A stretch of 64,000 nt of DNA from Minisyncoccota bacterium (lineage in GTDB: Bacteria > Patescibacteriota > Minisyncoccia > JBAYJV01): NCBI GenBank assembly GCA_041664925.1, contig JBAYJV010000004.1, positions 26,998-90,997 on the forward strand, in the 5' to 3' direction. The notes under the pieces are model-generated. The model was not told where the DNA came from. It did not search any database and saw only the letters and a program-made list of their open reading frames with translations. Shown here piece after piece: positions 20,126 to 30,194 of this stretch (within the stretch, counting starts at the first letter, position 1; each line of letters starts with the position of its first letter). The position numbers were made by a program, and so were the translations under genes.

Positions 20126-20479
20126 TTAATTATTTTTTAATACAATCGCCACTTGCCGATCTACTTCTCTTAAGTAACTTGTTTTCTCTGTTCGAATCAT
20201 GTTGCCCTGAACTCTGGCCTGAATCTTCGCTGGAATCATCAGGTCATTGATAGATTTCGATGATTTTCTTATAACTTCTTTAAGTGTTTCTTTTTTGTTC
20301 ACTAAATTGTCATATTCAAAACTGCTCCCCGCATTACTGTTAATAGTAATTGCATAGCCAATCAATAGGACAACAGAAATTACTCCGATAACAAAATTAA
20401 GTACCACGAAATCAAAGCCTTTGTCGTGTTTTTTATCTCTTATTGTTTGTTTGTCTATGTTAGAAACAAGAGGAGACAT
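20126..20479 (-). CDS. FtsL-like cell division protein (small bitopic membrane protein)
   Basis: 117 aa with a single TM. It sits between rsmH and ftsI, which is the conserved dcw order. Confidence 0.45.
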   Translation of the reverse strand: MSPLVSNIDKQTIRDKKHDKGFDFVVLNFVIGVISVVLLIGYAITINSNAGSSFEYDNLVNKKETLKEVIRKSSKSINDLMIPAKIQARVQGNMIRTEKTSYLREVDRQVAIVLKNN

Positions 20480-20503
20480 AATTAAGCGCTAACCTACACG
20501 AAA

Positions 20504-21376
20504 CTAATTAACTGTTTTGTGAGCAAAACGCAACTTTGCGCTTCTAGAGCTTGGATTGAATCTCTTTTCTAAAATTCCTGGTCGTACTGGTTTAGAATTT
20601 ATCACTTTGAGCTTAACAGAATTATTGAAGAAATTTTTTACTATTCTATCCTCCAAAGAATGATAAGTTATTACTGCGATAACACCATGACTATCGAGAA
20701 CATCAACGGCTTGGTTGAGTCCTTCTTTAAGATTTTCAAGTTCTTGATTAACTTCGATTCTGATTGCCTGAAAAGCCTTACGCAAAACATCTTTTTTTCT
20801 CTTCCCAGATATAGACGAAGAATAAATTAGGTCAACAAAATCTTGAGAAGTTTTAATGGGAATTTTTTTTCTATTTATTTCGATATAGCGAGCAAGGCTT
20901 CCGGCCTCCCTTATTTCTCCATAATTTTGAAAGATTCTTTCTATTTCCTTGCGCGACCAATTATTTAAAATATCAACCCCATTTGTTTTCAGATTTTCGT
21001 TAAACCTCATATCAAAAATCTCGTTTTTCTTAAAAGAAAAACCTCTCATAGATTCCTGATAGTGCCAAAGACAAGTTCCTAAATCGAAATAAATCCCATC
21101 AAATTTTATACCAGAACCAAATCCGCGAACCACTTCTCTTAAGTTACGATAATTATCATTTACCGTTATCAATCTTTTTTTGTAAGATACCAGCCTTTTT
21201 CGTGTCTTGCGAAACAAATCTCCGTCCCATTCTATGCCCAAGACCAAGCTTTTCTCGCTTCTACTAAGAATAGCTTCTGCATGACCTCCTTCCCCAAGAG
21301 TACAGTCAATGAAATTATTATTTTCTTTAAGATTCAAACAATCTAGTAACTCTCTTTCTAGTACTGGAATATGCAT
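20504..21376 (-). CDS. rsmH: 16S rRNA (cytosine1402-N4)-methyltransferase RsmH/MraW
   Basis: 'MHIPVLERELLDCLNLKENNNFIDCTLGEGGHAEAIL' is the RsmH N-terminal signature. Confidence 0.9.
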   Translation of the reverse strand: MHIPVLERELLDCLNLKENNNFIDCTLGEGGHAEAILSRSEKSLVLGIEWDGDLFRKTRKRLVSYKKRLITVNDNYRNLREVVRGFGSGIKFDGIYFDLGTCLWHYQESMRGFSFKKNEIFDMRFNENLKTNGVDILNNWSRKEIERIFQNYGEIREAGSLARYIEINRKKIPIKTSQDFVDLIYSSSISGKRKKDVLRKAFQAIRIEVNQELENLKEGLNQAVDVLDSHGVIAVITYHSLEDRIVKNFFNNSVKLKVINSKPVRPGILEKRFNPSSRSAKLRFAHKTVN

Positions 21377-21480
21377 TATTATTTCGCACTTTCCTAATTG
21401 TCGTCACTCCACAGCCTACTCCCATTTTTGGGAGTGACTGTGGCCTGTAGGCTGTAGAGTGATGACAATCGGTAATAAAT

Positions 21481-21915
21481 TTATATAACTTCAATTTCTC
21501 CTAGTTTTTCTGCAATATCATTGCTGTTTTTTTCGGTATTGGTCTTGTATTTAATCCATTTTTCTTCGCTCCAAATTTCTATTTTGTCAAAAAGACCAAC
21601 TATAACAGTTTTTTTATTTATACTTGCGTACTTTTTCAGATAATCTGGTACAACAACCCGTCCTTGTTTATCAAGCACCGTATCCATGGCTCCGGATAAC
21701 ATAAAGCGGCTAAATGCGCGACTATTGGCCTTAACAATAGAAAGCGATGAAAGTTTTTTTGCTAATTCCAACCATTCTTTTTTAGGATAAATCGTTAAGG
21801 CACTATCAAGTCCTCTCGTAATTACCGCACCATCGCCAAGCTTGGATCTAAACTTAGCTGGAATTGCTATTCTATTCTTAGTATCAAGATTGTGATGAAA
21901 TTCGCCTATGAACAT
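21481..21915 (-). CDS. mraZ: Transcriptional regulator MraZ
   Basis: 'MFIGEFHHNLDTKNRIAIPAKFR' plus a second DXXXR repeat. Length is 144 aa. Confidence 0.9.
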   Translation of the reverse strand: MFIGEFHHNLDTKNRIAIPAKFRSKLGDGAVITRGLDSALTIYPKKEWLELAKKLSSLSIVKANSRAFSRFMLSGAMDTVLDKQGRVVVPDYLKKYASINKKTVIVGLFDKIEIWSEEKWIKYKTNTEKNSNDIAEKLGEIEVI

Positions 21916-22147
21916 ATAGTTATCAACAGTTTATTGGAGTTATCCCCACTTTTATCCACTTCTCCCCACTTGCTTACTATTATACTGATTTTATTTACCA
22001 CGTCAAACCACTTTGTAAATATAAGATAAAAATAAAAATAGGCTTTGTCCAAGCCTTGATGGTATTGAGATTTTTCTATTTTTTGTTTTCTTAATTTACT
22101 TTTTTTACATCACTCTGTTGATAAGTTGTCCACAGGCACAGTTTATC

Positions 22148-22240
22148 TTGGTGGATTACCTAAAAATTCATTGGAACCAAATCATTCAAGAATTGGCGGT
22201 TTGGAGTCAATTGCAAACAGAGGCAAGTTTTGTTCTTAAG
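22148..22240. other. Conserved ~90-nt non-coding element, copy A (paralogous to 28371-28462)
   Basis: About 85% identical to the element upstream of the 23S gene, and the differences are almost all transitions. Confidence 0.55.
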
Positions 22241-22287
22241 GTTTAATTTAATATATTTTACTCCCGCCATTCCATTTATTATTTCAT

Positions 22288-22917
22288 TTAGAAACTTTTT
22301 ATTATTTTGTATTTATTATCCTCAACCAGGATCGCTTCTTTATCGGTGAGAGTAATAATTTTATAGTCTTTATCTTCGTATTCTTCTATAATCTTTTCGT
22401 ATTTTGTCTTGTATTTTTCCTCTCCAAAATGAGGTAATATAACAAAATTTATAAGATTTAATCCTTCAAATGATTTAAGAGAAGGAGCTTTAGACGGATC
22501 ATCAAGGGTTTTTATGGGTTCGATAGTGGGGCAAACGAAAGTAGCTCCCGCACTGGAACCAACATAAATAATGCCTTTCTGAACTGATTCTTTTACTATC
22601 TCATCAAAACCGCTTTCTTTCGCTTTCTCTAGTAAATAAAAAGTGTTACCGCCTGCTACGAAGATAATATCAATACCTTTAAATTTATCTAATAATTCCT
22701 GTTTCCTATTTCCTTTTATATCTATCTCTTTTAGGTTGAACCCCCTTTCCTTAAGTTTATTGCGGTCATTATCCACGAACCATTTGTTCTCATACGGGTC
22801 AGCGGCAGTCGGAATAAAAGCAACTGTCAGTTCCTTTGGAGATTTAGAAAGAAATTCGATAAGTTTGTCTATTACATTAGATACTATCGAGGCAAGAAAT
22901 AATTTTCTTGTAGACAT
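22288..22917 (-). CDS. Peptidase S51 (dipeptidase E / cyanophycinase-like)
   Basis: 'IFVAGGNTFYLL', 'IYVGSSAGA' and 209-aa length fit a PepE-like serine peptidase. Confidence 0.7.
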   Translation of the reverse strand: MSTRKLFLASIVSNVIDKLIEFLSKSPKELTVAFIPTAADPYENKWFVDNDRNKLKERGFNLKEIDIKGNRKQELLDKFKGIDIIFVAGGNTFYLLEKAKESGFDEIVKESVQKGIIYVGSSAGATFVCPTIEPIKTLDDPSKAPSLKSFEGLNLINFVILPHFGEEKYKTKYEKIIEEYEDKDYKIITLTDKEAILVEDNKYKIIKSF

Positions 22918-22970
22918 AAATGGATTAAGATGGATTTATGGACGATGCAGGATTTGTCAGTCAATGTATT

Positions 22971-23047
22971 TGGTGCGCGTGGTCGGATTCGAACCAACGA
23001 CCTTTCGCATGTGAAGCGAACGCTCTAACCAACTGAGCTACACGCGC
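22971..23047 (-). tRNA. tRNA-Val (anticodon CAC), CCA encoded
   Basis: GCGCGTGTAGCTCAGTTGGTTAGAGC..., anticodon stem TTCGC/GCGAA, loop TTCACAT, GGTTCGAATCC, 3' ACCA. Confidence 0.85.
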
Positions 23048-23078
23048 ATTGTAAAAAAGAAACAGACACATAGCGCTC

Positions 23079-23098
23079 CCTGCCTGCCGGCAGGCAGG
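23079..23098. repeat. Perfect 20-bp GC-rich palindrome CCTGCCTGCCGGCAGGCAGG (copy 1 of 3 identical)
   Basis: Exact self-complementary 20-mer about 30 nt upstream of tRNA-Val. Identical copies lie at 52438-52457 and 60096-60115. Confidence 0.9.
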
Positions 23099-23163
23099 TA
23101 ACCCCGTCCCAAGGACGGTCGGTCTTGGACCGAAACTGAGCTAATCGTCCTCTTTTAATAAAC

Positions 23164-23868
23164 TTAAGCTCCGAATCTGCGCCCACGGCCAAGATAATCT
23201 TTTACTGCTTTTTTTAATTCTTTTTTTCCAAAACTCGGAAAAAATGTTGGTGTAAAATAATATTGAGAGTAGGCCGTATGCCACATCATAAAACCAGCGC
23301 TATTGTGCGGTTCTCCTCCTGTTCTGATTACTAAATCAACTGGAGGTAATTCGGAGGTCATTAATTTTTGCTGGATCGTGTTGTAATTAATTTCCGATTG
23401 GCCATTTTCCACTATTAACTTCACCCCTTCTATCATCTCTGATAAGCCGTCATAGTCAAAAAGAAAACTTAGGTGTTTACTTTTATGACTCTTGGTCGCC
23501 TCTATGAGATGTAATATACTGTTTTCTAATTTTTTTGGTACTGAATTTTTCCAAAAACCAATAATCCTAACCTTAACATCTTCTTCATAAATTTTTTTAT
23601 TTTTTAGTAACGATTCAAATGCTTTTTGAAAAAGTTCATACAAAAAACTTACTTCTTTCTTGCTTCTCTTTGCCAAATTATCCCTAGAAGCAATCCAGAA
23701 GGTCAAATAATCAATACCAAGATCGGCAGCTTCTCTTATGATTTCTTCAATTTTCTTTGAGCCTTCATCGTGTCCTTTCCATGATGGCAATCCTCTCTTT
23801 TTTGCCCAGCGACGATTGCCGTCAGGAATTATCGCAAGATGTCTTAATTTTAATTTACTGCTATTCAT
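23164..23868 (-). CDS. uppS: Undecaprenyl diphosphate synthase
   Basis: 'HLAIIPDGNRRWA', 'DYLTFWIAS.DN' and C-terminal 'RRFG' are typical UppS motifs. Confidence 0.9.
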   Translation of the reverse strand: MNSSKLKLRHLAIIPDGNRRWAKKRGLPSWKGHDEGSKKIEEIIREAADLGIDYLTFWIASRDNLAKRSKKEVSFLYELFQKAFESLLKNKKIYEEDVKVRIIGFWKNSVPKKLENSILHLIEATKSHKSKHLSFLFDYDGLSEMIEGVKLIVENGQSEINYNTIQQKLMTSELPPVDLVIRTGGEPHNSAGFMMWHTAYSQYYFTPTFFPSFGKKELKKAVKDYLGRGRRFGA

Positions 23869-24679
23869 TACTATATTTAATATTTACTTTCTGATAATTA
23901 AAATCTTTAATAAAGTTTTCATCTTCAAAAATATTGATCCTGGGATAAATATCCATTCTTGTAATCTCCTGACTTTTCAGGTTTGATTGCCATAAAATCT
24001 TAAAATCTCTTTTCTCTCTTGATTGGATATTTCCCAAATAGTTACTGCCAAGTTCTACTGGAGAATCATTTTTGTCGAAAAGAACTGCCATTATATCAAC
24101 GCTTCTTAGGTTATAGATAGAGTCATTGACTAGCCTACCGGAAAGCTCAAGATTAAAACGACCAACATTTATGTTTTGAACTGTTTTACTGAGAACTGAA
24201 AGAGTTGGATCCTTATAAATTGAAAACTTCTGCCATGATTCATTAGAAATCTTAAGTTCTATCTTATTTATTCCATCATTTCTATCCATATTTAGTTCAT
24301 ATAGGTATTTCGTTTGAGATGGAAGAATAAAGTCTTTGTTTTTACGAGAGACTATTTGTTCTCCATTCTCATTAAAACCAATAAATTCGTAATCAAAACT
24401 TGATATGCCATAAAGATTATTAGGATTGTGAATTAGTGCCAAAAAATTATCTTTGCCATTCCCCGATTGAACTTTCTTTATCCATAATATTTCTATTTTA
24501 TCGAGACTTTCACAAGTAACAGAACAAACACCACCACAATCAATGCCTTCTTCTTGTTCATCTTTTATTTGATTATAACAATTGTCATTATTTAATCCTC
24601 TGTAAATAAAAAATATAACGATTAATATTAAAATCGTAAAAACTAAAATTATCCAAAATATTTTTTTATTTTTAATCAT
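23861..24679 (-). CDS. Hypothetical membrane-anchored protein
   Basis: A 272-aa ORF with an N-terminal TM and a CxxC-containing segment. No family could be recognised. Confidence 0.4.
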   Translation of the reverse strand: MIKNKKIFWIILVFTILILIVIFFIYRGLNNDNCYNQIKDEQEEGIDCGGVCSVTCESLDKIEILWIKKVQSGNGKDNFLALIHNPNNLYGISSFDYEFIGFNENGEQIVSRKNKDFILPSQTKYLYELNMDRNDGINKIELKISNESWQKFSIYKDPTLSVLSKTVQNINVGRFNLELSGRLVNDSIYNLRSVDIMAVLFDKNDSPVELGSNYLGNIQSREKRDFKILWQSNLKSQEITRMDIYPRINIFEDENFIKDFNYQKVNIKYSNE

Positions 24680-24763
24680 TTCAGTGAAAACAAAGAAACT
24701 GAAAACTGATTAAATTTTAAGCTTAGAAGATATAAAAGTCAATTAAAAAAAGCCCTAAAATTG

Positions 24764-24878
24764 CTTGGCAACAACCTACTCTCCCACCCTTAATAGGACA
24801 GTACCATAGGCGCTGGCAGGCTTGACTTCCGTGTTCGGAATGGTAACGGGTATTTCCCTGTCGCTATAGCCACCAAGC
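24764..24878 (-). rRNA. rrf: 5S ribosomal RNA
   Basis: The reverse complement reads GCTTGGTGGCTATAGCG...CCGAACACGGAAGTCAAGCC...GGGAGAGTAGGTTGTTGCCAAG. Confidence 0.85.
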
Positions 24879-24902
24879 AATTTTAAGACTCTTTTTTTTG
24901 TT

Positions 24903-27900
24903 AAAGTTAGGGGCGTCATCACCTTCGGTTAATTAGTACTTCTTGGCTAAAATCTTCGCAGATCTTACACCTGAAGCCTATTATTCCACCAGAGGTGGAT
25001 ACCTGGTAATCTTCCAGGAACCTTAATGATACTTAATCTTGAGTTAGGTTTCGCACTTAGATGCTTTCAGTGCTTATCCTTTCCCGACGATAGCTACCCA
25101 GCCATGTCCTTGGCAGGACAACTGGTACACCAGAGGTCGGTTCCTTACGGTCCTCTCGTACTAGTAAGGAGTTCTCTCAAGTATCGACGCCTACGGCAGA
25201 TAGGAGACCAACCTGTCTTGCGACGGTCTGAACCCAGCTCGCGTATCTTTTTAATTGGCGAACAGCCAAACCCTTGGGACCTTCTCCAGCCCCAGGATAA
25301 GATGAGCCGACATCGAGGTGCCGAACAGGGTCGTCGATTTGGACTCTCGGACCCTACTAGCCTGTTATCCCCAGAGTAACTTTTATCTGTTAATCTTCCG
25401 CCTTTCTATTAAGGGCGGTCGGTTCACTAAGTTCTGCTTTCGCAATAGCTCGACTAATAAGTCTCGCTATAAAGCTGGCTTATAGCTTTACCCTATCCTC
25501 GCCGTTTCCATCGGCAAGTAGCCAACCTTAATAAGCTCCACCGTTACTTTTTTGGTGGAAAGTGCCCCACTTAAACTACCCGCCTAATACTGTTCCCCAC
25601 TATGTGAGGTTAGAACTATTATTTTGAAAGAGTGGTATTTCACTGGCGACTCCATCCCAACCGAAATCAGGACTTCAAAGTCTCCCACATATTCTACGCA
25701 TCCAAAACAAAAGCTCAATATCAAGTTGCAGTAAAGCTTCTGGGGTCTTTTCGTCTAGCCGTAGGTAATCGGCATCTTCACCGATATTGCAATTTCACCG
25801 AGCTCCTCGTTGAGACAGTTCTCCAGTCGTGACGCCATTCATGCGAGACAGAAGTTACCTGCCAAGGTATTTCGCTACCTTAGGACGATTATAGTTATCG
25901 CCGTCGTTCACTGGCGCTTACATCACGAGCCTTGCCCATAAGGACAAAACAAGCGATGCTTGACGTTCCAGCACTGGACAGGCGTCAGCCCCTATACTTC
26001 CTATTACTAGTTCGCAGAGACCTGTGTTTTTGATAAACAGTCGCCGGAGATCATTTGCTGTGGCCCCGATAAATCGGGGCAGGTCTTATCCCTAAGTTAC
26101 GACCACTTTTTTGCCTAGTTCCTTAACGAGGAATCACTCGTTCGCCTTCCCACTTTTATGGGAACCCACCTGTTTCGGATTTAAGTACGAATCCTATTTG
26201 TCTAATCTGAGAAGTTTTTCTTGGAAGCCTGCTCGCTCTACTTCCCCTGGCCGAGGCCAGAGTTCGATTCACTCCTTTGATTTGTCATTAAAGACAGTTT
26301 CCCGGATTTGCCTAAGAAACAATCCTTAGAGAAAAAACGCGAATCCAATAACGCGCTAGAGTTACTAAACTTCGTCACTCCATCGAAACAAATAGGAGGG
26401 CCGGAATATTAACCGGCTGTCCATCCCCTATACCCTCTCGGGTTAAGAGTTAGGATCGCCTAACCCTTGGCTGAAGTTCATTGCCAAGGAAACCTTGGGT
26501 TTTCGGCGGTCCGATTTCTCATCGGACTTGTGGTTACTCATGCCAACATTCTCACTTCCGTCCTCTCCATCGAACTTTACAGTTCAACTTCACTGTGAAC
26601 GGAACGCTTCCCTACCGCCCAGCAAAAATGCTGGGCCCACATCTTCGGTATTAAGCTTAGCCCCGTGAATCTTCGACGCATTCTGCCACCTCCGGCAAGC
26701 CGGAGTTCGAATGGTGAGTTGTTACACACTCCTTAGATGATTGCTACTTCTGAGCAAACATCCCATCTGTCTATGGCAAAATACTTCCTTCCTCACTTAG
26801 CTTAAATTTTGGGACCTTAGATGGTGGTCTAGGCTGTTTCCTTCTTGAGCACGGAGCTTAGCCCCCATGCTCTTACTGCCCCATAATTATTTCTGGCATT
26901 CGGAGTTTGTTTGGATGCAGTAGGAAAAATCCATCCACACCCATTCAGTGCTCTACCTCCAGAAACGTAAATGAGACGCTAGCCCTAAAGCTATTTCGGG
27001 AAGAACCAGCTATTACCAAGCTCGATAAGCTTTTCACTGCTAACCACAGATCATCCCACTTTATTGCACAGAAGACGGGTTCGGACCTCCTCCGCCTTTT
27101 ACAGCGAATTCATCCTGTCCATGGTTAGATCGCCTGGCTTCGGGTCTGTTGCTAACAACCGTGAACGCCATTTTAAGACTCGCTTTCGCTATGACTACCC
27201 CCACACTTTGCGCTCCATTTTTTTAGTATGAAATGCAAGGCGCGGGGTTAATCAAGCTGTTAACAACAACTCGTTGGCTCGTTCTACAAAAAGCACGCCG
27301 TCAGGGCGTAGAATAAATCTGCACCCCTCCGACTCATTGTAGGTATATAGTTTCATGTTCTATTTCACCGCCCTCACCGGGCTACTTTTCACCTTTCCCT
27401 CGCGGTACTAGTTCACTATAGATCATCAAGAGTATTTAGCCTTACCTGATAGTACAGGTAGATTCCTCCAGTTTCAGGCCGGAGTACTCAAGAATGACAA
27501 CCAGAAGTATATAGCCGTTTTCGTCTACGGGACTTTCACCCTCTTTGGTGGCTCTTTCCAGAGACCTTTGACTAACGAAGCTATATAAGCTCCTCGTGAA
27601 AAAATCACATTGTTATCATCTTACGACCCCCCAACGAAAACGTTGAGGTTTGGGCTGTTCCCTTTTCGCTCGCCGCTACTTGGGGAATACTTCGCTTCGC
27701 ACATTTTATCAAAACTTACTGAAATCTACGCTGAGAAACGCTGAAAAAATATATTATCTGCATTAATCGGCGTAGTCATCAGTATGAATTTGAAATGCGA
27801 AGTTATTTTTGGTTTCTTTTCCTCTGGCTACTAAGATGTTTCACTTCGCCAGGTTACCTTCCCAACATAAATGTCGGGATAATGGCCTTTAAGGCCATTG

Positions 27901-28030
27901 GGTTGCCCCATTCGGAAATCCTCGGATCACAGATTGCTCAGCATCTCACCGAGGCTTTTCGCAGCTATGCCACGTCCTTCATAGGCTCTTGATGTCAGGG
28001 AATCCACTATACACCCTTAGTTGGTGATGA
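24903..28030 (-). rRNA. rrl: 23S ribosomal RNA (about 3.1 kb; ends approximate)
   Basis: Sarcin-ricin loop (rc AGTACGAGAGGACCG at 25151-25167). The 5' end resembles GGTG.ATAGTGGATTCCCTGACATC and the 3' end GTACTAATTAACCGAAGG. Confidence 0.85.
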
Positions 28031-28287
28031 CACCTCTAACTTTAACATTTGATTTTGATTACCTAATATAGATTTTTAAAGTACATTTCCAAGAAAAATC
28101 TTTTATTTCAAATAAAGGACTTTTCTTGGGAAATCAGGGTAACTTAAAAGCCGCTCATTTTTCACAAACACGGGCGGCTTGAACAAACACACTAACGATC
28201 AACTAACTAGCCGCTCGATTAAGGTTTATTTAATTGCCTGATTTTTAACACTATTTTCCAAACAAGCTAAAAATACTTGTACAACAC

Positions 28288-28315
28288 ATTATATATCCAC
28301 AATTTTTCTTGTCAA
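28288..28315 (-). promoter_or_regulatory. Near-consensus sigma70-type promoter for the 23S-5S unit (TTGACA-N16-TATAAT on the minus strand)
   Basis: rc of 28280-28320 reads ggggcTTGACAagaaaaattgtggataTATAATgtg. It sits about 260 nt upstream of the 23S 5' end. Confidence 0.5.
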
Positions 28316-28370
28316 GCCCCGCCAATACTATCAGTGGATATTATGTGTATATTATTTTAAATAAATCGTT

Positions 28371-28462
28371 TTGAGTGGACCACTTGAAAATTCATTGGAA
28401 TCAAATCGTCCAAGAGTTGGCGGTTTGGGGTCAGTTACGAACAGAAACTGCTTTTGTTAATT
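28371..28462. other. Conserved ~90-nt non-coding element, copy B (paralogous to 22148-22240)
   Basis: It lies between the 551-aa gene stop and the 23S promoter. Shared core is AAAATTCATTGGAA.CAAATC.T.CAAGA.TTGGCGGTTTGG.GTCA.TT.C.AACAGA. Confidence 0.55.
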
Positions 28463-28538
28463 AATTTATCAAAATGGTTTACTAAATTCTACACCAAAAC
28501 TTGCTTCGGCGAACAATTATAAAGCTTCACTTGTTTCT

Positions 28539-30194
28539 CTATAAATAATGCCTAGACAAAAACCAAACTGGAATAATTCCCAATATAAATAAGCTTGCAA
28601 TACTCCAAAATGATAATGCCGCAAATAAACATAAAAAGACTAAAGAAAACGAAAAAGTAACGCTCGTTTTTGGTTTTCCTTTTGCGTCCCAACGTAAAAA
28701 TAGATAAAAACCAAGTAGTGTAAAAATATTACTAAGCCCAATCAACGCATATTTTATAAAATTTCGGTAATAGATTAATCCTATAATTCCACCCGCTAAG
28801 AAAGACAAGATGAAAGTAAGAAATATATAAAGAAAAATATTAAAGACAAGGGAAGTCTTAGAATTGTCTAGCCAATTAGAAATATGTAACATTAAAGAAA
28901 TTTTTAAGGGCGAGCCTTCTTTCATCCATAAATCTTTTTTAAGCGATTGAGCTGGAGCATTAATAGTTATTTTTGTGTAGTTAACATTTTTATTTTCATA
29001 AAACTCATTTAATTCTTTAGAGGGTGTAAATATTGTATCGTTAACATTTTTTTCTTGATCATTTTCAAGCCGATCAAACACCCAAGCCCTTCCCGCTCCC
29101 GACATTATTGCTATTTCATAATTGTCTTTATCGCCATGGAATAAAAAGGGTGATAAGCAGTATTTTTCCATATCTTTAATGAAATTTTTAGCGTCAGATC
29201 CATTATTTGGATCATTGCTTAAATCTTCTAATGAAGAAGGGAAGGAATTATAATTTCCATGATACAGCTCAAGTGACGACTTAAGACGATATATAGAAGA
29301 TCGGCACCAACGATCAAGATAGTCGGTTTGCATGTCTAAAAAATACTCTACTTTTGTGTATGGCTTTATTTCTGAAAAAATCTCTGGCTTAACATGTCCA
29401 AAAATTCTAATTGTCATCGGTACTTGTTTTTCACCATATATACTAGTAGGGATTAAAGGATAATAAATTTTTTGTGTAGGGAAAGCGATAAAAATACCTC
29501 TTTGTTTATCATCATTATTTAGGTTCTTAGATGAAAGCCAGGAAACCACAAAAACATAGTCTTGATTCATATACGAGCTTAGTGTTGTCATGTCCCCCTG
29601 TTTCACTTTTAGGCCTTTATTAGAAAGGTAATTATATAAGGATTCAGTTTTTTGGGCTGTGATTGTTTCCATTATCATACCATTTTTCTCTATGTGTTGA
29701 TTTACGGAAATAAAATCTCCTGACGTTGATCCAGTGCCTGATCCACCACGAGCACTTGTAAGCGATGTCCCGACCACAACAACTGGAAAAAAAGACCAAA
29801 ATTGACTAGTTGCACTTATAAAAAATAAGTTTTTGAGTGATCTTGAAAGTGCAAGTTTTATCTTAGACATAACTTCATAACCTCCGAAAACTGGTATCTC
29901 AGACATAATATTCATTTTTATCTCTTTTGCTTTTCCAGGGATAGGCATTATCCACACAGTATCAGAATTTTGTTCATCAATATCTACCACTACGACCAGT
30001 TTTTCTTGTCCATTTTGGTAATTAATAAAGGCTTCCTGATTATTTTCATCGGCTAGCACTAAATCACCATTAGGTAAGCGTCTATGTGCATAGCCATCGC
30101 CATTGGCACAAAAAGGAGAGCTTAATAAAGTTATTATGAATAAAGAAATGATAAGTTTTTTAATCATTATGATTTTATTTACTTTTATGCTCAT
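28539..30194 (-). CDS. Hypothetical secreted/membrane protein (N-terminal signal, C-terminal multi-TM region)
   Basis: A 551-aa ORF with coherent codon usage, a signal peptide and about 4 C-terminal TM helices. No family assigned. Confidence 0.45.
   Translation of the reverse strand: MSIKVNKIIMIKKLIISLFIITLLSSPFCANGDGYAHRRLPNGDLVLADENNQEAFINYQNGQEKLVVVVDIDEQNSDTVWIMPIPGKAKEIKMNIMSEIPVFGGYEVMSKIKLALSRSLKNLFFISATSQFWSFFPVVVVGTSLTSARGGSGTGSTSGDFISVNQHIEKNGMIMETITAQKTESLYNYLSNKGLKVKQGDMTTLSSYMNQDYVFVVSWLSSKNLNNDDKQRGIFIAFPTQKIYYPLIPTSIYGEKQVPMTIRIFGHVKPEIFSEIKPYTKVEYFLDMQTDYLDRWCRSSIYRLKSSLELYHGNYNSFPSSLEDLSNDPNNGSDAKNFIKDMEKYCLSPFLFHGDKDNYEIAIMSGAGRAWVFDRLENDQEKNVNDTIFTPSKELNEFYENKNVNYTKITINAPAQSLKKDLWMKEGSPLKISLMLHISNWLDNSKTSLVFNIFLYIFLTFILSFLAGGIIGLIYYRNFIKYALIGLSNIFTLLGFYLFLRWDAKGKPKTSVTFSFSLVFLCLFAALSFWSIASLFILGIIPVWFLSRHYL

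Noticed and set aside
22148-22240. The conserved 90-nt element as a small protein gene (GGLPKNSLEPNHSRIGGLESIANRGKFCS / SGPLENSLESNRPRVGGLGSVTNRNCFC)
   Set aside because: There is no ATG/GTG start. Substitutions between copies fall mainly at codon positions 1 and 2 and are transitions, which fits non-coding (RNA or DNA-site) conservation rather than a peptide.
25026-27992. Several 65-117-aa plus-strand ORFs in the six-frame track (e.g. 25026-25379, 26907-27128, 27795-27992)
   Set aside because: They lie entirely inside the 23S rRNA gene on the opposite strand. They are a GC-driven artefact of the rRNA sequence.
24903-28030. Possible intron or homing-endonuclease insertion in the 23S (about 3.1 kb) or 16S (about 1.59 kb) genes
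   Set aside because: Both are only modestly longer than typical and no internal protein-coding frame on the rRNA strand is visible. Small expansion segments cannot be excluded without alignment, but there is no evidence for an ORF-bearing intron.
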